Virus record (IMG/VR): IMGVR_UViG_3300008117_000123
Span: 1 to 38,228 of that record
Direction: 5' to 3' (one strand)
Length of the DNA: 38,228 nucleotides
Origin: a virus
Taxonomy: Duplodnaviria > Caudoviricetes
In this document: one piece after another, positions 16,352 through 34,837 of the stretch
Layout of the letters: each line of letters begins with the position of its first letter
Numbering within the stretch: the first letter of the stretch is position 1
Translations under genes and position numbers: made by a program
The notes under the pieces: model-generated
What the model was told of the DNA's origin: nothing
Seen by the model: the letters and a program-made list of their open reading frames with translations, nothing else
Databases searched by the model: none

Positions 16352-17070
16352 AAAAAATTTTCTAGGCCTTCTACTTCTATTTTATGGTGAAACCCACACT
16401 TTGAGCAATCAATTTCAACTGTTTGTTTTAAACTTGGCAAATTATTAAAAAAATTCTCTACCTTGGCAAACTGTGATTGATTCATGCCTTCCACAAACTC
16501 TAACATTTCACCTGGTTGTGCTTCTGCTGAGTAATAGAATTGTTCACCATCATAGATATACTCTATAGAACTGGCAATCATATTAAATGTGGTTTCAGTA
16601 ATATTATTATACTTCAATGAATCTTGAACTATGTTGAACTCTGGATATTTTAATTTGATTGAGATTGTGTCGGTCAACTGAATTTCATCAGAAACACCTT
16701 CTTTGCGTTCAACCTGTAAATCTAATAGATTGATTTCTTTTTCCATTAAATTACCACATACTTTATCTTCAACTTCATTATTGCACTTATATTTTGATTC
16801 AACAACCTCACCTACTGATTTAGCACGTAAGTTAACAAAATAATATTCAACATCAATGATGGGTAATTTTTCAATATCGACACCTTCCGTTAAGGTACAA
16901 TTATAAAGGATATCTTTTACATTTTGGTGAATTGTGGATGTTTCATTCGATTCAACTGCCATCAAAAGGTTTCTTTGTTCTTTAACCAAAAATGGTCTGT
17001 ATTTAATTTTCTTTTTAGATAACGGCAATTCTATTTCATATGTCGGCACATCAAGTTTTGGTAAAGCCAT
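16345..17070 (-). CDS. 26: Baseplate hub assembly protein gp26
   Basis: MALPKLDVPTYE..LP...K.IKYRPFLVKE...D.EY.F..LRAKSVGE...C..CG....I.VEGL.NFF; AAGGAG RBS. Confidence 0.9.
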   Translation of the reverse strand: MALPKLDVPTYEIELPLSKKKIKYRPFLVKEQRNLLMAVESNETSTIHQNVKDILYNCTLTEGVDIEKLPIIDVEYYFVNLRAKSVGEVVESKYKCNNEVEDKVCGNLMEKEINLLDLQVERKEGVSDEIQLTDTISIKLKYPEFNIVQDSLKYNNITETTFNMIASSIEYIYDGEQFYYSAEAQPGEMLEFVEGMNQSQFAKVENFFNNLPSLKQTVEIDCSKCGFHHKIEVEGLENFFG

Positions 17071-17089
17071 AATTTATCTCCTTATAAAA

Positions 17090-17758
17090 TCACTTAAAAA
17101 TACTTCTTTGTATGTTATTCACTATTGATTGACCAGCTGCACTTACAGCACCTTGAGCGTTTCCACCTAAACCACCAACCACATCAGAAAAATTGGCCAA
17201 GCCAGCATCGACCAATTCCATACCAAATGATTGTAGAGAATTATTACTCCAACGAGTGTATGCAAAAGTTACTGAAAGCTTGTGTGGGTTATCGGATGAC
17301 CAATCTAAATCTAATTGATTCATTGAAATTGGAAACGCATCAAACAAATTAACAGAATATGATACTTTGTTTTCTACATCATATTGATTAATCTGTATTG
17401 TCGTGGAATAATCACCCTTGTATCTAAAATTATAATTGTATGTTGGATTAATAAAATTCATCCAAGCATCAAAGAATATTTTTTGTTGCATATCACCATC
17501 AACAATAAAAGTTAAATCCATGTCGTTATAACCAGTCAGATATGGATACTTCTCAACAGGATTAGATCCAATTTTTTGTTCTACTGTCATTAAACTTCTA
17601 CCTGGCAAATTAGCATTCTCACAACGGTACACTAAATTTCTAGCCGATTTGATATATGGTATTAAAGTTAAAGGAATAGGAATGTTCACATCAAACCTAT
17701 TTGCTCTCGCTAGGTCTTTTGTGAAACTGGATTTAAAATCGTTAATGGTACCTGGCAT
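17090..17758 (-). CDS. 54: Tail-tube-fold protein (gp54 tube initiator / gp19 family)
   Basis: ARANRFDV...CENANLPG...KYPY...LTFIVD...FFDAWM...L.DAFP...L.VTFAY..W. Confidence 0.7.
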   Translation of the reverse strand: MPGTINDFKSSFTKDLARANRFDVNIPIPLTLIPYIKSARNLVYRCENANLPGRSLMTVEQKIGSNPVEKYPYLTGYNDMDLTFIVDGDMQQKIFFDAWMNFINPTYNYNFRYKGDYSTTIQINQYDVENKVSYSVNLFDAFPISMNQLDLDWSSDNPHKLSVTFAYTRWSNNSLQSFGMELVDAGLANFSDVVGGLGGNAQGAVSAAGQSIVNNIQRSIFK

Positions 17759-18355
17759 TTAACTTTTCCTTATTTCTTCTAATGAATCTTGCCAAACTTC
17801 ATTTACCGAAGCCTTTTTAAACTGGTGAATAGGCAAGTATGCCGCAATATCCCATTCATTTGGTTGTACGGCAAGTATTTTTGACTGAATATGACCATGT
17901 AAATACTTCTTCAAGCATGGCCGAAACTCTCTATAACGCTTGGAGGCGTTTAAAATATCGTAGCTGACTCTCATACGCATAATATCATTATTGCCGTCAA
18001 GGATGGCGTAATCCATCAGTTTATCCAAAAGCGTGATTCGGTATTTTACCGGTAGATAATGTAGGTTTAAACCGAGAAAACCATCTTTATATTTTTCCAA
18101 TACCAAAACCAAAGGAAAGCGGTCATAATATGGTATATCTTTTTTCGTTTTAGGATCATAATAAAAATAATATAATCCACCAGTCACAAAACGATTTCTT
18201 TTTCTAAAAGCTTCGTTATTGATTGTTGATGGTATTCCTGAAGGATTTCTCAACTCAGCAATCTTTGTGGTTAGCCATTTAAGAGAATCACGGCTCATTA
18301 TTTGCAATTGAGCAGTTGTTCTTTCTTTGGCTAATTGTGTAAGTTTAGATCCCAT
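17759..18355 (-). CDS. 2: DNA end protector gp2
   Basis: YYFYYDPKTK..IPYYDRFPLV...GFLGLNLHYLP...R..LLD.L...PCLKKYL..H. Confidence 0.9.
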   Translation of the reverse strand: MGSKLTQLAKERTTAQLQIMSRDSLKWLTTKIAELRNPSGIPSTINNEAFRKRNRFVTGGLYYFYYDPKTKKDIPYYDRFPLVLVLEKYKDGFLGLNLHYLPVKYRITLLDKLMDYAILDGNNDIMRMRVSYDILNASKRYREFRPCLKKYLHGHIQSKILAVQPNEWDIAAYLPIHQFKKASVNEVWQDSLEEIRKS

Positions 18356-18368
18356 TGTATTATTTAGT

Positions 18369-18803
18369 CTATAGTCCTAGATGATCTTCTGTTATTAACT
18401 TAAACTCCCAACCACGATCTAAACAATATTCCGTGGCGGCCTTCCATTTGGCTTGATTGATTCCATATGTAACCACCTCATTTATGTATTGTTTTGTCAA
18501 TCGTTTTTTAGTTTCAGGAGTGATTGTTTGTTTCTTAGGTTTAACTTCAAGTAACATTGTTTTCAACACTCCTGTTTTGGTTCTAACTTTAATCAAAAAA
18601 TCTGGAAAGTAACGATGCCACAGGCCATCTTTTGGAGATTTATAAGGAATGATCAATTCTTCTGATGCCCATGATACAATATCTGGATTTTTGTCGAACC
18701 AATTCATCATCTTACACTCCCAAGAAGAGCGATAAATGATATTATTAGGATCCCCAACGTATTTTTGAGGATTAGAAGGTGTGAAACGTCCATTATAAGC
18801 CAT
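18369..18803 (-). CDS. 4: Head completion nuclease gp4
   Basis: MAYNGRFTP.NP.KY.GDP..IIYRSSWE...W.SEE..IPY.SP.D...HRYFPDF...EVKP..QT...NQAKW.AA. True start at 18803. Confidence 0.92.
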   Translation of the reverse strand: MAYNGRFTPSNPQKYVGDPNNIIYRSSWECKMMNWFDKNPDIVSWASEELIIPYKSPKDGLWHRYFPDFLIKVRTKTGVLKTMLLEVKPKKQTITPETKKRLTKQYINEVVTYGINQAKWKAATEYCLDRGWEFKLITEDHLGL

Positions 18804-18810
18804 ATAAATA
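18803..18810 (+). promoter_or_regulatory. T4-type late promoter TATAAATA for the baseplate operon
   Basis: Perfect consensus 30 nt before the gp48 ATG, at the divergence point. Confidence 0.8.
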
Positions 18811-18840
18811 CTATGTATAACTTTTTTAATAGAGGATTCA

Positions 18841-19848
18841 ATGGCCATTATTTCCATACCAAATTCTATAGGTGGAGTTTCCATACCTGGAGCCTTAGTT
18901 GAAGGTCCATTAGGTACTCTATTTGGAAATAAATTTGGTCGAACCGATTTACAATACCCTAGAGATTTACAGACATCGACAAGAGGCCATGTTGTTGTAA
19001 TTAATATCAATGAAATAACACCAGCAACATATGAAAGTGTAAAGAGCAGTTTTATTAAAGGTAAAGATAAATTATTTGGTGCTGTTAATAGTGCTGTCAA
19101 TAATGCTGGTAGTTCTTTAGAATCAGGATTAAATGCTGTTACATCTTATGTTGACGATATAAAAAGTGGAAAAATATCACTTGGTGGCGAATTAGATAAA
19201 TCGGTTGCTGGATTGAAAGATTTTCTAGGTAATGACAGTATCAACATTAAAAACCCAACCAAAAAATCTGTTGCCGGAATATCATTGTATATACCAGATA
19301 CGATGGCTTTTACATATTCTGCTTCATACGGACAATTAAGTTTGGTTGACGCTGCTGCTCAGGTACCGGGAATAGGCAGAGCAGTTGGTGCAATCGCTTC
19401 TATTGCTACCAGTGGGCCAGCAAGATTATTGGCCAAGGGTGCCGGATTTGCTTTTAACCCACAACAACAATTATTATTTGATGGTATAGATTTTAGAACA
19501 TATCAGATGGCATTTACATTTACACCATATTCTAAAAAAGAAGCGGAAACAGTTGCAAAAATTGTTAAAATGTTAAAAACACATGCAGCACCACGATTGG
19601 CAGAAGGCACAGCCGGTATGTTTTTTGTACCTCCGTCAACATTTAATTTAGAATTTTTATTTAATGGTAAAAGAAATCAAAATGTTGGCCGAGTTGCTGA
19701 GAGTGTAATTGAAAGTATTGATATCAATTATTCTCCAAACGGATTTTCAACTTTTGGTGATGGTGCACCAGTTCAAACAACAGTAACTATAAATTTCAAA
19801 GAAGTTGAACTCATTACAAGAGAAAAAATAGAAAAAGAAGGTTATTAA
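18841..19848 (+). CDS. 48: Baseplate tail-tube cap gp48
   Basis: LQYP.DL...ISLYIPD...FNP..QLLFDGIDFR.Y...FTFTP.S..EA...INYSPNG...DGAPV...NFKE.EL.TRE. Confidence 0.82.
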   Translation: MAIISIPNSIGGVSIPGALVEGPLGTLFGNKFGRTDLQYPRDLQTSTRGHVVVININEITPATYESVKSSFIKGKDKLFGAVNSAVNNAGSSLESGLNAVTSYVDDIKSGKISLGGELDKSVAGLKDFLGNDSINIKNPTKKSVAGISLYIPDTMAFTYSASYGQLSLVDAAAQVPGIGRAVGAIASIATSGPARLLAKGAGFAFNPQQQLLFDGIDFRTYQMAFTFTPYSKKEAETVAKIVKMLKTHAAPRLAEGTAGMFFVPPSTFNLEFLFNGKRNQNVGRVAESVIESIDINYSPNGFSTFGDGAPVQTTVTINFKEVELITREKIEKEGY

Positions 19849-20441
19849 TGCAATATTTCGACACATTACCAAAAATTATTAAAACCGATACAAGTGGTAA
19901 TTCATCACTAATGGTGAATTTGATGGCAAGGTGTAGTGTTATTCCCGACATACTTAATAATCCATTAGTATATTATTCATATGATATCCAAGAAGGAGAT
20001 ACACCAGAAATTATTGCTTACAAATATTATGGTGATTCTTATCGTTATTGGATTGTTTTATACGTAAATCAAATATTAGACCCACAATGGCAATGGCCAA
20101 TGCAGTCTAGTGTTTTAGAATCTTATATCACAGATAAATATAATTTTAATGCTAAAGCTACCATTCATCATTATGAAAAAGTGATTACCAAATTTAATTC
20201 AAGAACAAGCACCACGACAATTGACAATTATATTATTGATCAACAATCTTATAATACTTTACAAACCGGAGTGTTTGAACGTAACATGGCAACCGGACCA
20301 TTTACTATAACCACTAGCCGTAAAACAGTTTCTTATTATGAATACGAAACAGATTTAAATGAATCGTATAGAAATATAAAATTATTAAATTCAATTTATG
20401 TGGGTGAATTGGAAAAACAGTTTAAAAAATTAATGGCTTAA
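19848..20441 (+). CDS. 53: Baseplate wedge gp53
   Basis: MQYF..LP...YDIQEGDTPEIIAYKYYGD...YWIVL..N.I.DP...WP...HHYE...YEYE..LNE..R.IKLL. Confidence 0.9.
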   Translation: MQYFDTLPKIIKTDTSGNSSLMVNLMARCSVIPDILNNPLVYYSYDIQEGDTPEIIAYKYYGDSYRYWIVLYVNQILDPQWQWPMQSSVLESYITDKYNFNAKATIHHYEKVITKFNSRTSTTTIDNYIIDQQSYNTLQTGVFERNMATGPFTITTSRKTVSYYEYETDLNESYRNIKLLNSIYVGELEKQFKKLMA

Positions 20442-20442
20442 C

Positions 20443-21819
20443 ATGGCAGAATTTGATCAATCTTCTTTAGGTGTGGAATCTCCTGGTGCCTACTATACAC
20501 AAGACTATTCATTAGAAACTTTAAATTTTTTAACTTCAAGTGGTCAAAAATTTGAGTTAAAACGTTTAATGATTGATATGTCCTATTATGAGGACCTTTA
20601 TAGTTTTACAGCCTCAGGTTATGTTACAGTAACAGATTCTCAAGGATTTATTGAACTTTTTCAATTAACAGGTAATGAATTCATTGAAGTTAATTTTGGT
20701 AAAGTGAAAAATGGATCAAACAATAATGATCAATTGTTTCGAGTATACAAAGTTGGAGGTAAAAAACCTGCAGGAAATTTAAATACTGAAACATACACAC
20801 TATATTTCTGTTCGGAAGAATTGTTGTTATCTGAACAAATTAAAATCAGTAAATCGTATACTGGCCAAAAAATATCCACTATTGTAGAAAACATATTGGT
20901 TGATAAATTAAAAGTGCCTAGCAGCAAAATTAATAACATTGAATCAACAACTGGTTTATATGATTTTGTTATACCTCGATTAAAACCATTTGAAGCGATT
21001 AGTTGGTTGTCAACTTATGCTCGACCAGCAAATAATGGTTCCGTTGGTGCTGATATGTTATTCTTTGAAACTAAAGATGGGTTTAATTACCGATCATTGC
21101 AGTCCATGTTTAAAGAAGAACCATATGCTACTTACAAGTATCAGGCACAAAACATTGCCATGGATAAACAATCTTTTAAAGAAAAAACAATAAGTGTTTT
21201 GGATTATGAATTTGTTAAAACTTATGATTCAGTCAACGAAATAAGTTCTGGCACATTTGCAAACAGATTAATTTCAATTGATCCATTAACAAGGTCATAC
21301 AAAGTAACCGATTTTGATTATTTAAAGTATAAGAACCAAGCAGTTACATTAAATGAAGGTGAAGTAAGTAATGCGTTAAAGAATAGATTGGGGTTAACTC
21401 AATATGAAACATATGATGCAACACTAAAAGTAGCTTTGTCAAATTCTGGCCAAAATGAAGCAGCTTACTTTAAAGAAATACCAGGATCAGTTGCAAAAAA
21501 CATTGCAATAGAAACATATTTGCCAAATAGAACGGCACAAATTGCTCTCGCAAATTATACTGTTGTTAAATTAACAATACCTGGTGATCCAGGTTTGACA
21601 GTAGGCAGAACAATTGAATTTAATTTGATGTCACTAAGACCAGAAACAAACGAAAAACAATTGGACAAATTTTATTCAGGCAAATATTTGGTCACAGCAG
21701 TTCGACATATCATACAACCAAATAAATATCAAACAGTTCTTGAAATTAGTAAAGATAGTGTACCAAATAATTATCAAGAAATAGATCAAACGGCATTTAA
21801 AGAAGCGGTGGCAGAATGA
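20443..21819 (+). CDS. Baseplate hub protein (gp27-like)
   Basis: Lies between 53 and 5. YEDL...G...D, FFET..GFN..SL, and IPGD..L.VG..I...SGKYLVTAVRH motifs. Confidence 0.65.
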   Translation: MAEFDQSSLGVESPGAYYTQDYSLETLNFLTSSGQKFELKRLMIDMSYYEDLYSFTASGYVTVTDSQGFIELFQLTGNEFIEVNFGKVKNGSNNNDQLFRVYKVGGKKPAGNLNTETYTLYFCSEELLLSEQIKISKSYTGQKISTIVENILVDKLKVPSSKINNIESTTGLYDFVIPRLKPFEAISWLSTYARPANNGSVGADMLFFETKDGFNYRSLQSMFKEEPYATYKYQAQNIAMDKQSFKEKTISVLDYEFVKTYDSVNEISSGTFANRLISIDPLTRSYKVTDFDYLKYKNQAVTLNEGEVSNALKNRLGLTQYETYDATLKVALSNSGQNEAAYFKEIPGSVAKNIAIETYLPNRTAQIALANYTVVKLTIPGDPGLTVGRTIEFNLMSLRPETNEKQLDKFYSGKYLVTAVRHIIQPNKYQTVLEISKDSVPNNYQEIDQTAFKEAVAE

Positions 21820-22751
21820 ATAATTTTATAGGCAAAGATGGATTTAATTGGTGGTATGGTGTAGTAGAAGATGTTAACGATCCAGCCAAATTGGGTCGAG
21901 CAAAAGTTCGTATCTTCGGACACCACACAGATAACTTGGTAGAATTACCAACAAAAGATTTACCTTGGGCCGCAGCCGTTAATCCAGTAAACAATTCAAA
22001 ATCATTTAGTGCACCTAGATTAGGTGACTATGTGATGGGTTTCTTCTCTGACGGAACTTCATCACAATCACCAATAATGATGGGTGTTTTTCCTGGACTT
22101 GAAGCTGTACCAAATAAAAATAAAGGATTTTCACCTCAGAGTGATTTAAAACCGGCAACACCACCATCAGGCCAAGTTCAATATGAAGCAGGCAAACCTA
22201 CACTTTCACCTTTATCTAGAGGTGTGGTTGATAAAACAGCCATTTCACAATCCAATGCTAATTTAGCTCATGTGTGTGACATCTCAGTAAATATGAAATT
22301 TGAAATTGCTAAAATGGCATTTAAAACAAGTGAATTGGTAGAAACAATTAGATCCGCAATTAAAGGCCTTTGGGCTAGTGCATCTTCAAGTCCATTTGCT
22401 GATGAAATCAGAAGTGCTATAAAAACAATTAAAGCACAAGTTAAAGTAATACAAAAATTTATTAAAAAAATACAACAATATGCCGGAGCTGTTAAAGATT
22501 TAATGGATCAACTACAAAAAATAATTCAATACGTTGCTACATTACCAGCAAGAATAGCCAAATTTCTACAAGATTGTTTAAAAGAAGCTCTTGGTGGTAT
22601 ATCTGGTGCAATTGCTGTAGGTCAAGAAATTCAAAAAAATATTACAGAAGGAAATGTTTCTTTAGCGAACTCATCAGCTATTGCAGCAGAACTAGCTTTG
22701 ACCGATAAAGAAACTATTGTGCCAGTTCAAAATACGATTGTGAAACCATAA
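21816..22751 (+). CDS. 5: gp5 N-terminal part (OB-fold) with helical extension
   Basis: WWYGVVEDVNDP.KLGR.KVRIFGHH...LPT.DLPWA...GD.VMGFF.DG...Q.P.MMG. Confidence 0.85.
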   Translation: MNNFIGKDGFNWWYGVVEDVNDPAKLGRAKVRIFGHHTDNLVELPTKDLPWAAAVNPVNNSKSFSAPRLGDYVMGFFSDGTSSQSPIMMGVFPGLEAVPNKNKGFSPQSDLKPATPPSGQVQYEAGKPTLSPLSRGVVDKTAISQSNANLAHVCDISVNMKFEIAKMAFKTSELVETIRSAIKGLWASASSSPFADEIRSAIKTIKAQVKVIQKFIKKIQQYAGAVKDLMDQLQKIIQYVATLPARIAKFLQDCLKEALGGISGAIAVGQEIQKNITEGNVSLANSSAIAAELALTDKETIVPVQNTIVKP

Positions 22752-23494
22752 TGGCCGATATGTCATGGACGGAACCGGAATCAGCAGCTAATACTGATTA
22801 CCAACCAATATATTCTTATAATAATATACAACAAACAGAATCAGGTCATTCATTTGAAATGGATGATACACCAACTCGTGAACGTGTTCGTATACAACAC
22901 CGTTCAGGTTCGTTTATTGAAATGCATCCTAATGGTGATGAAGTTCATAAAATTGTTGGTAAAGGCTATGAAATTATTGCTTCTGATAAAAACGTATTAA
23001 TTAGAGGCATTTGCAACATAACTATTGAGGGTGATTCGGCACTTCACATTAAAGGTGATGCTTATACACAAATTGATGGGTCTGCATATCAAAATGTTAA
23101 AGGTGATGTAAATCAATCTGTTTCTGGAGATGCAATTCAATCTGTTGACGGTGATGTGGAAATAAATTCTTCTGGTGATATTACATTAGGTGCCTCAACT
23201 GTTAACGTAAATGCTGATTTGTATGTTCGTGGTGATATAGGCACATCACAATCAGTTCAAGCAGATGGAAATATTACAGCAGGTCTTTCTGTATCTGGTA
23301 ATAAATCTGTTGAAACTTTAGGTTATATGATAGCAGGTACAACAATTGATGCCGGCATTTCAATGTTTGCGCCAATGGTTTCAGATATGTTTGGTTCAGT
23401 ACAAATGTTTAGAATAAAAGTTAATATGCATACTCATATTGGAAACCGTGGATTCCCAACTTCACCTCCATTAAACGCACCAATGGAATCATAA
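22751..23494 (+). CDS. 5: gp5 C-terminal part (beta-helix spike)
   Basis: TESGH.FEMDDTP.RER....HRSG.F.E.HPNG, V.GD repeats and a terminal HTH motif. Confidence 0.85.
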   Translation: MADMSWTEPESAANTDYQPIYSYNNIQQTESGHSFEMDDTPTRERVRIQHRSGSFIEMHPNGDEVHKIVGKGYEIIASDKNVLIRGICNITIEGDSALHIKGDAYTQIDGSAYQNVKGDVNQSVSGDAIQSVDGDVEINSSGDITLGASTVNVNADLYVRGDIGTSQSVQADGNITAGLSVSGNKSVETLGYMIAGTTIDAGISMFAPMVSDMFGSVQMFRIKVNMHTHIGNRGFPTSPPLNAPMES

Positions 23495-23495
23495 T

Positions 23496-24878
23496 ATGTC
23501 CAGTATATACAATAGATTAGGATATAATTTTGATACCACCAAATTTGGTGATGATGTCGATTTAGCTCCTGGTGCGAATAACTTTCTTAATAATTCTTCA
23601 ATTAATTTAAGTCAATGGCAAGTTGATGATATTGCAACATCAACAGCAACAGGTTACTATCAGAATCCATATTCATCTGTATTAAGTAATATGACAGTTG
23701 TTCTTACAGGTATGGCTGCAAACTGTAACATCAGTTCAATAACTTTTAATGTAGCTCCAACACAAGCAAACACATTATATTCTTCAATTATAAATGCATT
23801 AACGGCTGTTTCTGATTTTACAACACACACAAATTATATATCTGGTGTTGAACGATCAGCCAATACTGTTTTATATCCAGATTTAAATACAGCCCTATCA
23901 ATTGGTCGCCAAGTATTAAGCTTAACCAATAAATCGGATCAAACACAAAATAACGTGCCGGTATTAGGAAATTTTACTAGCCTCTATATTCGTGACGATG
24001 TTGATTCAAGAAGTAACGCAATAATTATAGATTCAAGAACTTTAGGTAATTCTCTGTATGTTGAAGATGGTAACACATACAGTAACATTTCTGTTTCTAG
24101 TATTAACACAATTATAACAGATGTTAATTCTCTACAAACCTTGTTGGCAACCAGAAGAAACGGAGATATTAATTTTTATCAAAATTCGTTGGCAATTATA
24201 AGAGATTATCAAACCGTTTTGACTTTTTCTAGTGTTGGTGATACACAAAATTCTTTATTGCAAATAGTTGGCACAACAAAATTAAAAACTGATTTAGCTA
24301 CTGCAAAGCCTTTGGCTGTAACAGTAAATACTTCAGCCGTATTGTATAATAATCCGTTTGCATCTGCTTTAACGTCAGGCACAGGAACAGGCACAACAAT
24401 TGTAACTGGTGGTACGGGTGCCACAACTACTGGTGAAACAGGAACTTTTACTCTTACAGATACGGGTGTTAGTCCTGGAACTTATGGTTCTGCAAACAGA
24501 GTTCCTATTTTTACAGTAGATAGGTTTGGCCGCATTACATCTGCCACCTCTTTAGAAGCTGCTGGTGGTGGTGTATCGATTATTCAATTTGACACAACAA
24601 CAACTAATCCAATTGCTGTTGACAATTTTGATATTTACACATATCGAAGTGCCAAATATGAAATACAAATAACATCAGGTTCTTTTTATCAAGTAATTGA
24701 GTTAAGGGTAATGCACAATGGAATTTGTGCCTTTATGACTCAATACGGTGAACTTGTAAGTGATATTACTCTTGGTCAATTTGATGCTGATGTTGCAAAC
24801 AACGTGGTTAATTTATATTTTCGTCCTACACAAGCAATAAATACTGTTAAGATGATTAGAAGGTTAATCACAATATAA
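23496..24878 (+). CDS. Virion structural / tail-fibre-associated protein
   Basis: Tail-fibre motif TGV.PGTYGS...VP.FTVD..GRITSA and a C-terminal YRSAKY.IQ...E..V.HNG domain. Confidence 0.65.
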   Translation: MSSIYNRLGYNFDTTKFGDDVDLAPGANNFLNNSSINLSQWQVDDIATSTATGYYQNPYSSVLSNMTVVLTGMAANCNISSITFNVAPTQANTLYSSIINALTAVSDFTTHTNYISGVERSANTVLYPDLNTALSIGRQVLSLTNKSDQTQNNVPVLGNFTSLYIRDDVDSRSNAIIIDSRTLGNSLYVEDGNTYSNISVSSINTIITDVNSLQTLLATRRNGDINFYQNSLAIIRDYQTVLTFSSVGDTQNSLLQIVGTTKLKTDLATAKPLAVTVNTSAVLYNNPFASALTSGTGTGTTIVTGGTGATTTGETGTFTLTDTGVSPGTYGSANRVPIFTVDRFGRITSATSLEAAGGGVSIIQFDTTTTNPIAVDNFDIYTYRSAKYEIQITSGSFYQVIELRVMHNGICAFMTQYGELVSDITLGQFDADVANNVVNLYFRPTQAINTVKMIRRLITI

Positions 24879-24901
24879 TTTTTTAAAAAGGTGATTTTAT
24901 T

Positions 24902-26062
24902 ATGCGTTTTCATATTTTAGGTTTACCACATACTGTATCTTCAAAAGAATATAATGCTTGTGCTTATACACAAAAGGTAGTTAAATTTGGCAAAATGATG
25001 AAGTCGTTAGGCCATACTATTATACACTACGGCCACGAAGATTCAGATTTAGTTTGTGATGAACATGTTACGGTCACCACTAATAAAGATTTAGAAATTG
25101 CTTATGGTGATTATGACTGGCGTAAGAATTTTTATAAATTTGATGTCAATGACCATGCTTACCAAACATTCTATAAAAACGCCATTGTGGAGGTTGGTAA
25201 AAGAAAACAAAAACACGATTTTATTCTTCCTTTTTGGGGATCAGGTGTGCGTCCAGTTTGTGATGCACATTCAGATTTAATTTGTGTTGAACCAGGAATT
25301 GGTTATGCTGGCGGACATTGGGCTCGCTGGAAAATATTTGAATCATATGCAATATACCATGCTTATTATGGAATGACAGCCGTTGGTAGTTGCAAACAAG
25401 ATTGGTATGATGCAGTTATTCCAAACTATTTTGATCCTGATGATTTTACTTTCCAAGAAAAGAAAAAAGATTATTTTTTATTTTTAGGTCGTGTATATGA
25501 TGGTAAAGGTGTAAATGTTGCGGTTCAAGTAACTGAAGCACTTGGTGCCAAATTAATTATTGCAGGCCAAAATTCATTAACTCAAATGGGTTATAAAGAG
25601 ATACCTGCTCATATTACTGAAATTGGTTACGCTGACGTTGAGATGCGAAGAAAATTGATGTCCGGTGCAAAAGCAGCCTTTGTGCCATCAATGTATGTTG
25701 AACCTTTTGGTGGAGTTCAAGTTGAAATGTTGTTCTCAGGAACACCTACAATTACAACTGATTGGGGTTCATTTACAGAAAATAACATACATGGAATTAC
25801 TGGTTATCGTTGTAGAACCTTTGAACAATATTTGTGGGCTGCTAACAATATTCACAATATTAATCCTAAAAATTGTCGTGCTTTTGCTGAAAACTTTACA
25901 TTAGAAAAAGTTGGCAAAATGTATGAGGAATATTTTCAATCTGTTTTAAATGTTTACACTGGTAATGGTTGGTATGAAAGAAATGATGCAAGACTTCAAT
26001 TGAATTGGTTAAAGAAAAATTATCCTCATGAAATGCCTCAAACTATTAAACTAAATAGTTAG
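24902..26062 (+). CDS. GT-B (family 4-like) glycosyltransferase
   Basis: FLFLGR...KG...IIAG...[12 protein letters not shown]...GTP.ITTDWG...E...G.TG. Confidence 0.88.
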   Translation: MRFHILGLPHTVSSKEYNACAYTQKVVKFGKMMKSLGHTIIHYGHEDSDLVCDEHVTVTTNKDLEIAYGDYDWRKNFYKFDVNDHAYQTFYKNAIVEVGKRKQKHDFILPFWGSGVRPVCDAHSDLICVEPGIGYAGGHWARWKIFESYAIYHAYYGMTAVGSCKQDWYDAVIPNYFDPDDFTFQEKKKDYFLFLGRVYDGKGVNVAVQVTEALGAKLIIAGQNSLTQMGYKEIPAHITEIGYADVEMRRKLMSGAKAAFVPSMYVEPFGGVQVEMLFSGTPTITTDWGSFTENNIHGITGYRCRTFEQYLWAANNIHNINPKNCRAFAENFTLEKVGKMYEEYFQSVLNVYTGNGWYERNDARLQLNWLKKNYPHEMPQTIKLNS

Positions 26063-26101
26063 TTATAGAAGTACGTTTTAAAACAAAGGGGATAGTGAAC
26101 C

Positions 26102-34282
<8,181 letters not shown>

Positions 34283-34283
<1 letters not shown>

Positions 34284-34834
34284 TGCCTAGTATTCAATCA
34301 ATTTTGATGAATAGTATAAACAATGTAAAGTTGAATAATTATCTTGCTGGTTTATTTAAAACCACATATTCGGGATACTTTGCTGATAATGTTAGTTTTT
34401 TTGCAACAGCTACACCAACAACTTTTGGCGCTAACCCAGCAACATCAGTTCAAACTACCGCAATTTCAGAACCAAGTAGTGATGATGGAAGTAGTTTTAG
34501 TGTTCAATGGTTAGGTTATTTTTTACCAAACACAACAGAAACATATACATTTTTTACATCAAGTGATGATGCTTCTTATGTTTGGGTAGGTTCAAATGCT
34601 TTGTCTGGATTTACAACTGGAAACGCAACAGTAAATAATGGTGGGTTACACGGTACTGTTGAAGCAAATGGAACTGCTTCTCTTACAGCAGGTATATATT
34701 ATCCAATAAGAATACAATTTGGTGAGAATAGTGGTGGTGATGTGTTAACATTTAATTATTCCACACCAACGATAACAAAAACAACTGATGTTACCGGTAA
34801 AGTATTTTATAATCCAACAACGAACGGATTTTAA
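34283..34834 (+). CDS. PA14-domain protein (putative carbohydrate-binding)
   Basis: FSVQWLGYF.P..T.TYTF.TSSDDASY.W.G...NNGG.HG...L.AG.YYPIRIQFGE.SGG. Confidence 0.85.
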
Positions 34835-34837
34835 TAA

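Noticed and set aside
18804-19100. N-terminal extension of gp4 in the ORF track
   Set aside because: It is antisense to gp48, and gp4 similarity starts at MAYNGRF (18803).
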